In this document: positions 23,028-31,680 of the stretch, piece by piece
Numbering within the stretch: position 1 is the first letter of the stretch
Layout of the letters: each line of letters starts with the position of its first letter
NCBI RefSeq assembly: GCF_001194135.2
Contig: NC_068999.1
Span: forward strand, 54,934,960 to 54,998,959
Direction of reading: 5' to 3'
Source: Octopus bimaculoides
Lineage: Eukaryota
DNA length: 64,000 nucleotides
Notes under the pieces: generated by a model
Database searches by the model: none
What the model saw: only the letters and a program-made list of their open reading frames with translations
Told to the model about the DNA's origin: nothing
Made by a program: the position numbers and the translations under genes

Positions 23028-26000
23028 ATCTATGTTCTTAGATGACAACTTTCTGAAGGCTGTGGATGAAATCTGTGACCGGGGCAAAGTCTCTGCCAGA
23101 TGGAATGTCCAATGTAATTCTTATTTATTTGCATTAATTTGAATTAGTCATGCACTATATCATAGCTTTGAGATTTCAATGATGTGATTGTTTATTTTTA
23201 AAATAATATTGCAAGTTAAGTGTGAGAGGTCAGATCTGGAGATTGTTTTGGCCGGATGTGGTCAGTTAAAATGCTAAAGGGTTAAATACTAAAAAGTGTA
23301 ACCTTAATATTCCCTATTCTAGAGTTCATATTTCCAACATTATTACAAATTGGATTCCATCTTGTTTTGTTCTTTTTTTTTTGTCTACAGAAAATCTCAG
23401 AACAACTTCGTAGTATTTTTGATTTAATTATTAAATTCCAAGTTGAATTGGAAAAGATGTATAAATTAATTAATGAGGAGAAACTAAGACGGGCAGAGAT
23501 TGAATCTGCAAGAAAAAGGAAAACAAATAAGGTAAATATATTTCTGATAATTTTCGATTTTACTGTAACTATTTTATATACATATACAAAGTGTGTATGT
23601 GTGTGTTCATTAGCAGTGTATCTTGAGGCCGCTTCAGTCAGAAATAGTAGCCTATAATATATTGGGTTAAAATTCTTTAGCCAGATAACTGCCTGCTGGA
23701 CTCATACCAGGCATTTTATGGGTTATAGGACATCCCACGAGTATCGTTTCTGGTTTTTTTTTTCTGATCCAAGGGGCTTTCACTCTGTATTATAAGCTAT
23801 TTTTTTTATAACTGAATTCACTTTGAGATACATTATTAGTAAAGATTTATATATTTCTTGATGTTTGTACAATTGCATTCTAAATATACAGGGTGTTCCT
23901 GAAACATGTAAAACCATTGATTACTCAAATTTCATTTCCTTTTGGATTTAATCCATTAGCGATAATAAAGGGAACCAGACTAAGTTTTGAATAAAGGAAA
24001 TTTATCTGAAAGTGCTACTGGAAGATTGAAAACACAGTTAAAGTGTGAAGACAGTTGAAGAGGCAGGTTCAAACAGATTCACCTATGCAACTTACTATCA
24101 CTTGAATGAAGGATAAGTTTAAATCAAACGGAACTGTTCAGAATGTCCATGCAAAAACATCCTGGCAGTCCTTGGACATTGGCAGTATTTTTCTAGTATA
24201 CTTTCTTGCTTTGTGGGTCTTGTCAGAGTTCAAGAAAATTCCTGCTGCAAGCAAATTGTGAAACAGGAATTTCAAAATGAAGTGTCTCTTGCATTTTGAA
24301 GTGCTGTTATTGGAAACGTTACATTTCAAGAATAGTCCATTCTCTCAATGAAGATAATCCAGACCGAAGTGGTGCTTGGAAAGATGTGTAGAAGATGCAT
24401 ACTTTCCAACAAAGATTGTTTATAGTAATGAGGCTACATTTAAATCAAATGGTTCAGTTAACTGCCACAATTGCACCAACTGAGGATCTGAGAATCTGTA
24501 TATTATGCAAGAACATCATGTTAATTTACCAAGAATTAGAGTATGATGCAGCTTATCATCAAATGGATTGATTGGACTTTTTTTTTATGGTAATGATTAG
24601 TCCTGTTTACACGAACTTGCTGCAACATTTTGTCATGCCAAGTATTCAAGAAGACTTTGAAGATGTGGAGTTTTATTTCCACCAAGATGGAGAATCCCAC
24701 TCTACCATAGTAATGTAAGGGCCTACCTTGATGAAAGTTTGGCTAACAGGTGGATTGGACAAAGAGATTCAGAAATATTTCCTCTGCATCCATCAGACGT
24801 CACACCACTGAACCTTTTTCCTATTGGGTTACTTAGAAGAAAGTCTACAGTACAAAATTGGCAACAGTTGCTGAATTGAGAGCAGCCACTGGATGAGAAT
24901 GCACACAAACACCTAACAAAATACATCTTGGTGTTTGTGCTTCTGTCGATTCGTTTTATCAATAGGCTGTGGACCAGAGCAGTTATTAATTTGCAAACTG
25001 TTTGGAAAGAGGCGTTCATAATAAAATGAAATTTTATCAAGATTCTATTATATTTTGAAAATGTATTTTAACCCTTTAGCATTCAGATTACTCTGTCAAA
25101 TGCAATGCTTATTTATTCACATTGTTTTGTATTAATTCTGCATTATCTTGAAGTTTCAAGATTTTCGATAATGTGATTGTTTATTTATAGAATAACCTTG
25201 TAGGATAAGTGTAAGGGGTCAGATTTGACCAGTTTGGACACAAAAACAAGTAGAATATTTGAACCAGATACAAGTTCGGATGCTAAAGAGTTATTAAACA
25301 CTGACTTTATAATCATTTACTGTATGTATACTTGTTTGGGGGCATCCTGTGTATATATATATATGTATATATATATGTATATNNNNNNNNNNNNNNNNNN
25401 NNNNNNNNNNNNNNNNNNNNNNNNNNNNNNNNNNNNNNNNNNNNNNNNNNNNNNNNNNNNNNNNNNNNNNNNNNNNNNNNNNNNNNNNNNNNNNNNNNNN
25501 NNNNATAGGCAGAAACTGAAAGAAGCCTGTCGTATGTGCGTGTGTGTCTGTGTTTGTCCCCCCCCTTCTTATTTCTTTATTGCCCACAAGGGGCTAAACA
25601 TAGAGGGGACAAACAAGGACAGACAAAGGGATTAAGTCGATTACATTGTCCCCAGTGCATAACTGGCACTTAATTTATCGTCCCCGAAAGGATGAAAGGC
25701 AAAGTCGACCTCAGCGGAATTTGAACTCAGAACATAACGGCAGATGAAATGCTGCTAAGCATTTTGCCCAGTATGCTAACATTTCTGCCAGCTCGCCGCC
25801 TTCTTGCTTTACAACCAATGTTGGTGTGTTTACGTCCCTGTAACTTAGTGGTTTGGCAACAGAGAATGATAGAATAAGTACCAGGCTTCCAAAGAATATG
25901 TCCCGGGGTTGATTTCTTTGACTAAAACGTGGTGATCCAGTATGGCCACAGTTAAAATGACTGAAACAAGTAAAAGAATATAAAATTTTAAATCTTGGCG

Positions 26001-29000
26001 TACAGAGGCAAATAATGAAATTTATTTTAATTGAAATAAGTGAAACAGAGATTAGAGAGTGAAGTACCTTTTGAAAAGTCACCTGATGAAGCACATCTGC
26101 ACCAAATGATGCGTCATAATTATTTGTACAAAATCTCACCTGTGATGGATCGAACAGTCGTAGTGATTAATAAAGAATCCTCTGATTTCCATTTTCTCTT
26201 TCTCTCGTGTGTGTCTGTGTATATATACACACACATCCAAAATCTCCTGCTGCTAACTGTAGGCTATAAAATAATTGTTTCAGTTTATCGAATTTCGTTA
26301 TGGGAAAACTTCCCAACCTTTTACACCAATAAACCACCATCGTTCCTGAAAGTTGTGTTTTTATACCTTCTGTGGACTGCCCGAAGCTTACTATTTTCCT
26401 ATACCTTGATCCTTGGATCTTACCTTTACATGCACACATGCACAGACAGACAGTGATAGATAAATACCAAATTGTTGCAAGTGGATTTCTTAACCACAGT
26501 AGTCATTTTACTTTATGGATAGACACTTTAATAACATGAGGACTAAATTAATGAATTGAGTGAAAGATACTCAAGTGTTGTTGTTTATCACCAGGTAATG
26601 CTAGATCAATTAGACCATAAAGGCATTCCAGTCATGACCATTTTGATGTTTCTTTTTTCTTTATTTCTGTCCTTTTATTTTTATTTAACTAAAACATGGG
26701 TTTGATGTGAGGAAGACTTAGCTGTTGTTTGTAACAAGTCAAACAAACTTTATTCATTGATAAAAGTTTGAAAGTTGTTTACCAAAGTGAGATAATCTTG
26801 TTTTCTGACCCTCACTATCTTTCATTTCAGTGATTCACTGGGGTTGATTTTAATCAACGCTACCTGTTTTTTTCTGTTTTTTAGGGTATGTGGGCTTTAA
26901 CTGATGTTGAAGAAGCTCATGACACAAAGATGCGAGAGATGTTCCAAGCAAAGGTCCATAGCTGTACCACTGAATTTAATGTATTGGGCACCACATATGA
27001 GGTAGGTTGGCTAGGTTTGTTGCACCTTGTATACACTGTGGGTTTGCTGCATTTCTTGTAAAGGCTGTAGTATGTTTGTGGTATGTTTGTTGTAATAAGA
27101 GCAATGTGTGTGGATGTTTACACAGGTTGTGGTGTGACTTGGATATATAGAGTGTAGTGCATGTGTGTGGTGGTTTGATTTTGGTAGAGATATAGTTTGG
27201 GTGGGGCTATTGTAAAGAGTGTGGTGGGATTGAGGTATAAGTTGTAGCATGTATATAGTGTGGTACAATTAGCGTATATGTTGTAGTGTGGTGTGTGCGA
27301 TTGTGGTGAAGAACACAGTGTATGTAGCATGACTTGGGAATAGGCTAGCTTGGGTTTAGAATATGAAGCCTGTGACAACTGTTACATAGGTGGTTGTTGT
27401 AACGTGCATGTAAGAAGTTCTCTTTGCAATTATGAGGCTCTGAGTTCAATACCATTATGCAATGATGATGATTGTATGTGTGTGTAGATATAAATTAGAA
27501 GCAGCGCCAGCATTGCAAACATTGACCACATACTCTGGGGTCTTGAATAATCACTCCCCACCCCTGCCTGCTTATTCATTTTTCAGGGTTTTCCCACACA
27601 ATTCCATCACCACCCTGACCCCCCGCATATTAATTTTTCAGAGGTTTGTTCCCCCCGCCCCCAATTTTTAAGAAAATTTCCAAACAAGTAAATTTCAATC
27701 TCCAAAAGCAGTGTGTTGAGCACATTCAAAATCATTTGAAGAACATATGGAGTACGCATTGTTATTTTTTTGACAAATTTGGCGTAAATCCTCCTAATTA
27801 TCAATGGAATGAAAGTAGCAGACAGCTATCTTATCATTCAGAAATCAAGATATGTTTGTCAAAGAAAACCACCATTTGTCTAGGGAACATATCACATTGT
27901 CCACACAGGTTAGCAATGATACCAAAATTAATCTTATCCCAGAGTTTGTCTTTAAAGGAACTGGAAAAAGACCACCACTACTGAATGCCTGTCTACAATG
28001 AAATAACAATGATCTCCTAAAGGTTCTTAGAGATTAGAAAAGCTGCTCTGTATTACTGAAAACCTTCCAAACCAATTCAATATATTTTCACATGCAAACT
28101 TTGCCATTTATGTACTCAGTGATTACATTGTGCATTTGATGCTGGAGGCGAGGGACACACTCTCGAAAAGGGGTTATGTGCTCGTCATCATCAGCGGTGG
28201 TCTCACCGGATTTGTTCAAGTTAATGACACACACTTGCACAAACAACTGAAAGCAAAATATCACAAAATAAAGCAAAGATGCCTGAAAAGTTAGTTCTAA
28301 CTCCGAATAAAATACCCACGCCCAGTCGATCCGAGATGATGCAGATGCTACATCAAGCACATGCAGATTGCAAGATTGATGTTGAAGCTGCTTTCAAGTC
28401 AATGTGGGCCACAAATGCTTTCAATGGCTGTGAAGATTATAAGGTATCAAGACCAAATCATGGGCCTTGTCGATGCGAGAGTTTCATCTTGAGATGATAT
28501 CAAAACTCTGCCCAAATACTCTTCACAGAGTCACTAAGAACTTAATTCCACCGAAAGGGGTCAAGCATGCAAACAATATTGATGGCTCGGAATTATTTGA
28601 TAGTGACAGCATTGAGGAAAAAGCTGCCAAGTTGGAAGACGAAAACAAGCCATCTGGGAATCTTTTGGAGGTGATTGACCCATCAGAAGAAATCCATGTG
28701 AAGGTTTTGCAGGAGCCAAACATGAATTCAGGATGCTCTCTCTCTCTTGTACAAATCAGCAGTGACGATCAGGTTAATAAAGATGCAGAAGGTTTTGGAT
28801 GAAAATAAGACCTCTACACTTTTCTTGCCATGTCGAAGCAAACTCATGTCAACTGTCAGTGCAGCTTGGCGATACGTAAAGAACTGAATATCGAAACCAA
28901 GAACCTACAGAAGGACAGTGACAAAAAATCATAAGTCTATCATTTATAGCTATTTATTGAGTGCTATGTTTTATTATGTATAGTATTATAAATACTGTAA

Positions 29001-31378
29001 GTTCACGAAACTGTAATTATACTCTTTTCATTGTGTTTTACTTTTCTTTCTCTTTAAGATGTGTTGTTTGTATCAATATCTATTTAGTCCACAGCATTTA
29101 AAACAAAATCCCATAATTACCATAATGAACAGACGTCTTATTTTTATTGTCCAAATGTATCTCTTAACTGAAGTGAATGTCTGAAGCCCGCGTCTGTGCC
29201 AGTTTCACTTGCTGCCTGTTCATTTCTTTCGTCCTGTTGTGTTGTTAGATGTGCTTCTCAATGCTTTTTTTCTAATTTCCATACATACAGTATACACTAC
29301 ACAATTACTCATTCCAACCCACCTGATTATATGAATTTAAGCAAATGTTCAACCCATCCACTTATTCCAGACCCCCCCCCCCACCGTGTTTTTGGGACCC
29401 AGGTAAATAGGTCGCTTTAAAAAAATCAAGAGGGACAGCCTAGAAAATTTTTTAATTTTATACAGTTGCTACTATACAATTACTGACACCCCCCCCCCCC
29501 CNNNNNNNNNNNNNNNNNNNNNNNNNNNNNNNNNNNNNNNNNNNNNNNNNNNNNNNNNNNNNNNNNNNNNNNNNNNNNNNNNNNNNNNNNCCCCATTATT
29601 TGGGACCCAAGAGTATACTCAAAATTAATTCTCTGCTTGTTTGCTGGTAGATTGCAATTTAGCACAGTGGGGGATGACTCCCTTAAAGTACCAGGTGTTA
29701 AAACACCTGAAAGTCATGTGATGTGGGGCAAATTTTCTCACCTGTCTGTCTTTCAGGTGTTTTAACACTCGGTGCTTTGAAGGAGCCATTTTCACTGTGC
29801 TAATTCACATCCTGCTGGTGAACAAGCAATGCACAGACATTGAGTATGCGTGGTTGATAATGTATATTGGAAATATGTCTTTTACTTTAGCCTGATCCTA
29901 ACTGATGACTTGTCAGTAAAATTGTTAGCTGTAACTATAATTTAAAGGGCCAGCTTTATCATACAATGTCATACTGATTCCGCTTTGGAACTATGGTAAG
30001 GGGACACATGGCTACATGGTTAAGAAGCTCTTGTTTGTCATTGGACTATGGCTGTGCTGGAGCACTATCTTGATGGATTTTAGTCGAAAAAAATCAACCC
30101 CAGTTATTATTTTTTTAAGTGTGGTACTTACTGTAAAAGTCTCCATTGCTGAACTGCTAAGTTACAGAAATGTAATCAACCCAACACCAGTTGTCAGGCA
30201 GTGGCTGGAAGAACAGGCACACACACCAGGCTTCCACACAGTTTCTGTCTACCAACTTCACTCATAAAGCATTGTGCTGTGCAGTGGAACTGAACCTGAA
30301 ACCACATGATTGCAAAGTGAGCTTCTTTTACCATAACCATGTATATATGTGTCCGTACACACACACACGTAAATACTCAAGTTATATGGAATATAGTGTG
30401 GGGTGCTGTCCTGAGTTAGACATGAAACTGTATCCAATGGTGAAGCTCCAGCCTGGAGATTTGGGGAGTATGGAGTTACTCTTGAGTCACCTCTACTTCC
30501 ATGTTTGTTCTGGACATGGGGCAGTAATACTTGTGAAGGGTTCCAGTAACTGGATCAAATAACAGAAGGCTGTCTTGTGGCTAAGGTGTACAGAACACAT
30601 AGCAAAGCTGGTTCTCAGGCATGACACACTGGGCCAACTGGTGTATGGATATGTTCTGATATCCCTTGAACCAGTCCTGTTTCCCTGCCTAAGGGTTAAA
30701 TAGACCTCAGGGTTAAGCTCAGGAGATCAGCAGGTTAAACTGTAAATAATCTGCCAGAAGGCAACAGGGGAAGCCACCACAGTATCATTCCTAAGGAAAA
30801 AGAAAGTTATGAATATTCAGACTGGCAAAAGAGGTCCATAATTTCCAATACTTGCAGGCATGACACAGGGTGGGTGGAGGACAGAGAATACCAGAGTGAA
30901 AACGAGAGTATTTATAGTGTTTTTGTAGCGTTTGACATTTAGGACAACGTGTGTGTGTCGTATACTGTTTGGTACAATGTATTTATATTATATACTATTT
31001 AGAATAATGTATGTATATGGCTGGTGTTGTGTGTGTGTATGGTATACAGTGTGCATATATTATATAGTATTTGATACAGTGTATTATATTATGCTATATT
31101 ATATTAATGCATGTGTGCGTTGAAAAATTCTTCAAATGCTGCTCTGACAGCAATGGCTTTTGAGGCAGAAACGAATTTTTTCCATTCTTTGCTTTTTTTT
31201 TCTGTATTTACAGTCAATGGTACAGAGGTTCCTGGATTTGTTGGACATCAGTAAATTTGACGTGGACCACAAGTTGCAGTATCTCTGTTACAGATTGGAT
31301 TTCAATGAGCATTACAAGACTCTTGGCTCAATGAAAGGCATGTATAGCCAATACATTAATGGCATTGAGATATATTAA
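1933..31378 (+). CDS. TUBGCP3: Gamma-tubulin complex component 3 (Spc98/GCP3), 5'-partial; join(1933..2051,3220..3345,5872..5940,7374..7500,9040..9134,10166..10240,12615..12722,13779..13881,14020..14147,15148..15212,15938..16073,17043..17111,19702..19837,21186..21274,22652..22783,23391..23531,26885..27001,31214..31378)
   Basis: 18 exons with GT-AG borders and matching phases give 2000 nt of open frame. GCP3 motifs: [12 protein letters not shown], [15 protein letters not shown], [60 protein letters not shown]. Confidence 0.96.
2262..2580 (+). mobile_element. tRNA-derived CORE-type SINE family B (further copies ~6655-6845, 10600-10930(-), 17440-17600, 30000-30340, 32500-32650(-), 43480-43580(-), 43761-44120, 45025-45160, 45780-45890, 46695-47015, 54558-54830, 60797-61165, 62724-62866)
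   Basis: head TGGCTGTGTGGTAAGAAG...GGTTCAGTCCC (A/B boxes) followed by ACCTTGGGCAAGTGTCTT, which resembles the CORE/MIR core; octopus OR-type SINEs are described as CORE-SINEs. Confidence 0.85.
3220..3345 (+). CDS. TUBGCP3: TUBGCP3 exon ([42 protein letters not shown])
   Basis: ttggcag acceptor; CAG|gtaaga donor; 126 nt, phase 0-0. Confidence 0.95.
3503..3792 (+). mobile_element. RTE-clade LINE: C-terminus of ORF (…[46 protein letters not shown]…) plus start of 3' UTR; runs into the gap
   Basis: GRGRPRKTW...DR..W motif typical of RTE ORF ends; the 3' UTR matches the abundant (GAT)n-tailed fragments in this window. Confidence 0.85.
3793..4527. other. Assembly gap (N run); other gaps at 561-570, 25383-25504, 29502-29590, 34542-34600, 36284-36400
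   Basis: direct reading; several gaps abut G/C homopolymers or microsatellites. Confidence 0.99.
4528..4779 (+). mobile_element. mariner transposase fragment (HTH region to degenerate WVPHEL motif)
   Basis: [18 protein letters not shown]...GRPVEFDD...[13 protein letters not shown]; ends in a premature stop. Confidence 0.88.
4900..5400 (-). mobile_element. Internally deleted Tc1/mariner-superfamily (maT-like) transposase relic
   Basis: - strand frames give [46 protein letters not shown] and [12 protein letters not shown] (4980-4945), matching N-terminal and WPxxSPDxNPLD motifs. Confidence 0.7.
5872..5940 (+). CDS. TUBGCP3: TUBGCP3 exon ([23 protein letters not shown])
   Basis: ttgtag acceptor; CAG|gtaact donor; 69 nt; not in the ORF track. 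Confidence 0.95.
5963..6179 (+). mobile_element. piggyBac-type MITE family D, ~220 bp (other copies 1-146 partial, 10336-10553, 23112-23281 partial, 25072-25290, 40294-40498, 47906-48481(-, interrupted))
   Basis: CCCTTTAGCATT...AATGCTAAAGGG terminal inverted repeats flanked by TTAA. Confidence 0.88.
6276..6516 (+). mobile_element. hAT (Charlie-like) MITE (other copies 20695-20919 and 37884-38111)
   Basis: TIR CAGTGGTTCTCAAC / GTTGAGAA(C/G)CACTG; 8-bp TSD-like flanks gtctaaat/gtctagca here and atctaaat/atcttaat at 37.9 kb. Confidence 0.85.
6863..7075 (+). mobile_element. R4/Dong-clade (restriction-like endonuclease) non-LTR retrotransposon, 3' end relic
   Basis: [39 protein letters not shown] matches the GALG...LQK.AL.GT C-terminus of RLE-type LINEs. 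Confidence 0.7.
7221..7342. repeat. GC-rich tandem repeat, ~6 units of GGG(T/C)GACATTGCCC plus 3-9 nt spacer
   Basis: direct reading; ends ~30 nt before the acceptor at 7373. Confidence 0.85.
7374..7500 (+). CDS. TUBGCP3: TUBGCP3 exon ([42 protein letters not shown])
   Basis: ttccag acceptor; A|gtaagt donor; 127 nt. Confidence 0.95.
8384..8625. repeat. 22-bp minisatellite (TGTTGTTTGGCATTGTCTCCAA x3) decaying 3'-wards
   Basis: three near-identical units at 8384, 8406 and 8428, then degenerate copies. Confidence 0.85.
9040..9134 (+). CDS. TUBGCP3: TUBGCP3 exon ([32 protein letters not shown])
   Basis: ctcccag acceptor; ATG|gtaact donor; 95 nt. Confidence 0.95.
9651..10010 (-). mobile_element. 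5'-truncated RTE LINE (ORF tail [19 protein letters not shown] plus 3' UTR and (GAT)n tail)
   Basis: similar to the 3503-3792 ORF end; carries the shared tail. Confidence 0.7.
10166..10240 (+). CDS. TUBGCP3: TUBGCP3 exon ([25 protein letters not shown])
   Basis: tttctag acceptor; GAA|gtaaga donor; WIYDG motif. Confidence 0.95.
11297..11922. mobile_element. MITE family G (GG-terminated, 8-bp TSD; Merlin-like) with a nested RTE 3' fragment (~11470-11651)
   Basis: TIR GGTGGAATTCTG(G)TTTAAGCA / TGCTTAAACCAGAATTCTAC; flanks ggttggca/ggttggag. Confidence 0.7.
12615..12722 (+). CDS. TUBGCP3: TUBGCP3 exon ([36 protein letters not shown])
   Basis: tttacag acceptor; AAG|gtcagt donor; MIPSF motif. 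Confidence 0.95.
12846..13075 (+). mobile_element. Second tRNA-derived CORE-like SINE family B2 (other copies ~38140-38420(-), 52130-52260)
   Basis: GACCTAGTGGTTAG A-box, GATTCC B-box, TTGAGCAA...CCACTCA core shared between copies. Confidence 0.6.
13130..13480 (+). mobile_element. Second RTE-family LINE C-terminal relic
   Basis: [22 protein letters not shown]...FAGHCWRAK*...LWTPEHG...TYADQL matches RTE RT C-terminal motifs; contains stops. Confidence 0.8.
13779..13881 (+). CDS. TUBGCP3: TUBGCP3 exon ([34 protein letters not shown])
   Basis: tgtttag acceptor; G|gtatga donor; GKSIxFL motif. Confidence 0.93.
14020..14147 (+). CDS. TUBGCP3: TUBGCP3 exon ([43 protein letters not shown])
   Basis: follows a 138-nt intron; AAG|gtaagc donor. 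Confidence 0.95.
14283..14624 (+). mobile_element. RTE LINE 3' UTR fragment, family C (other copies 11470-11651+, 16525-16680+, 17201-17255-, 17990-18165-, 18575-18680-, 42595-42745+, 45528-45741-, 48103-48425+, 53025-53197+, 53540-53800-, 59870-59920-, 61385-61470-)
   Basis: shared GGCGTTAGGAAGGGCATCCAGCTGTAGAAAC...CCATGCTAGCATGGAAAGCGGACGTTAAAC(GAT)n end with variable 5' truncation. Confidence 0.88.
15148..15212 (+). CDS. TUBGCP3: TUBGCP3 exon ([21 protein letters not shown])
   Basis: tttttag acceptor; GA|gtaagt donor; GRIP2 start motif. Confidence 0.96.
15938..16073 (+). CDS. TUBGCP3: TUBGCP3 exon ([46 protein letters not shown])
   Basis: tctttag acceptor; GAG|gtttgt donor. Confidence 0.96.
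16174..16330 (+). mobile_element. Second piggyBac-type MITE family E (other pieces ~38430-38585(-), 42820-43000, 52540-52640)
   Basis: TTAA-CCCTTT terminus; shared GAAGAATTTAGTAAAATAAC...GGAAGGTTTTAAT body. Confidence 0.6.
17043..17111 (+). CDS. TUBGCP3: TUBGCP3 exon ([23 protein letters not shown])
   Basis: ttgcag acceptor; ACT|gtaagt donor. Confidence 0.96.
17801..17871 (+). pseudogene. tRNA-like sequence (Thr, GGT anticodon) with unpaired acceptor stem; SINE head or tRNA pseudogene
   Basis: A-box TAACTTAATGGTAGAGC; TCAG-CTGGTAT-CTGA anticodon arm; ACAGG-TTTGATT-CCTGT T arm; acceptor strands do not pair. Confidence 0.6.
19702..19837 (+). CDS. TUBGCP3: TUBGCP3 exon ([45 protein letters not shown])
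   Basis: cattag acceptor; CAG|gtgagg donor; not in the ORF track. Confidence 0.96.
20560..21125. repeat. Degenerate ~33-38-bp minisatellite (CTACAGTGTGATGTATGGCAGTGAAGGTAGA...) interrupted by a hAT MITE; inverted copy at 19290-19400
   Basis: unit recurs about 9 times; 21033-21082 matches the reverse complement of 19319-19368 at 41/50. Confidence 0.75.
21186..21274 (+). CDS. TUBGCP3: TUBGCP3 exon ([30 protein letters not shown])
   Basis: ttccag acceptor; GAG|gtaagg donor. Confidence 0.95.
22652..22783 (+). CDS. TUBGCP3: TUBGCP3 exon ([44 protein letters not shown])
   Basis: tttctag acceptor; TAT|gtaagt donor; 132 nt. Confidence 0.96.
23391..23531 (+). CDS. TUBGCP3: TUBGCP3 exon ([47 protein letters not shown])
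   Basis: long polypyrimidine tract plus cag; AAG|gtaaat donor; 141 nt. Confidence 0.95.
23889..25349 (+). mobile_element. Degenerate near-full-length Tc1/mariner-superfamily element of DD41D (rosa-like) type, with piggyBac MITE nested at 25072-25290
   Basis: TA|CAGGGTG left end and degenerate right TIR (16/22). Relic motifs [25 protein letters not shown] and [21 protein letters not shown] correspond to FSDE..F, QQDGAPPH and RWIGR..WPPRSPDLTPLD. Confidence 0.8.
26885..27001 (+). CDS. TUBGCP3: TUBGCP3 exon ([39 protein letters not shown])
   Basis: tttttag acceptor; GAG|gtaggt donor; 117 nt; corresponds to the GxWG/coiled-coil segment of GCP3. Confidence 0.9.
27533..29613 (+). mobile_element. 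pogo-superfamily DNA transposon relic with both TIRs, TA TSD and a disrupted DDE_1 transposase (~27690-28800)
   Basis: TA|CTCTGGGGTCTTGAATAAT vs ATTATTTGGGACCCAAGAG|TA (17/21 inverted). Peptides [52 protein letters not shown] and [15 protein letters not shown]-terminal DNA-binding region appears deleted. Confidence 0.85.
29616..29846. mobile_element. Fold-back MITE (TA-CTC...GAG-TA), ~97-bp imperfect arms, 36-nt loop
   Basis: arms share TACTCAA, TGCTTGTT, TTAGCACAGTG and GTGTTAAAACACCTGAAAG in inverted orientation. Confidence 0.75.
31214..31378 (+). CDS. TUBGCP3: TUBGCP3 terminal coding exon ([54 protein letters not shown])
   Basis: tttacag acceptor; RLDFNEHY motif; TAA stop. Confidence 0.96.
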   Translation, partial: SMVQRFLDLLDISKFDVDHKLQYLCYRLDFNEHYKTLGSMKGMYSQYINGIEIY

Positions 31379-31615
31379 TGTTTTGTAAACTGGCAGACAA
31401 ATCTTTCTCACTTGGTTAATTAGCGGGGGCTCATATTAATGGGAATTCATGACCAAGCAATAAATACAGCTTCTTGAAAATTAGCTATAATTAGCACGAC
31501 ATCTGACAGCAGTAACAGTACTTGTACATGCATCACAAATGCACACTCATACATAAGCACACATGCACACAGGTGTGCATGCGTGCTCACACACAGTTAT
31601 TTTATTCAGGTTATA

Positions 31616-31680
31616 AATAAATTGTATTTGTGTGTCTGTGTGTTTTGTGTTTCTGTGTGTTTTGTGTCTCTGTGTATGTG
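31616..31680 (+). terminator. Candidate TUBGCP3 polyadenylation signal (AATAAA 31616-31621 with downstream GT-rich element; second AATAAA at 31459-31464)
   Basis: AATAAA followed directly by ttgtatttgtgtgtctgtgtgttttgtg, about 240 nt after the stop. Confidence 0.55.

Noticed and set aside
1933-31378. Assignment to another GCP paralogue (GCP2/4/5/6)
   Set aside because: [15 protein letters not shown], [15 protein letters not shown] and terminal RLDFNEHY are GCP3-specific in my recollection.
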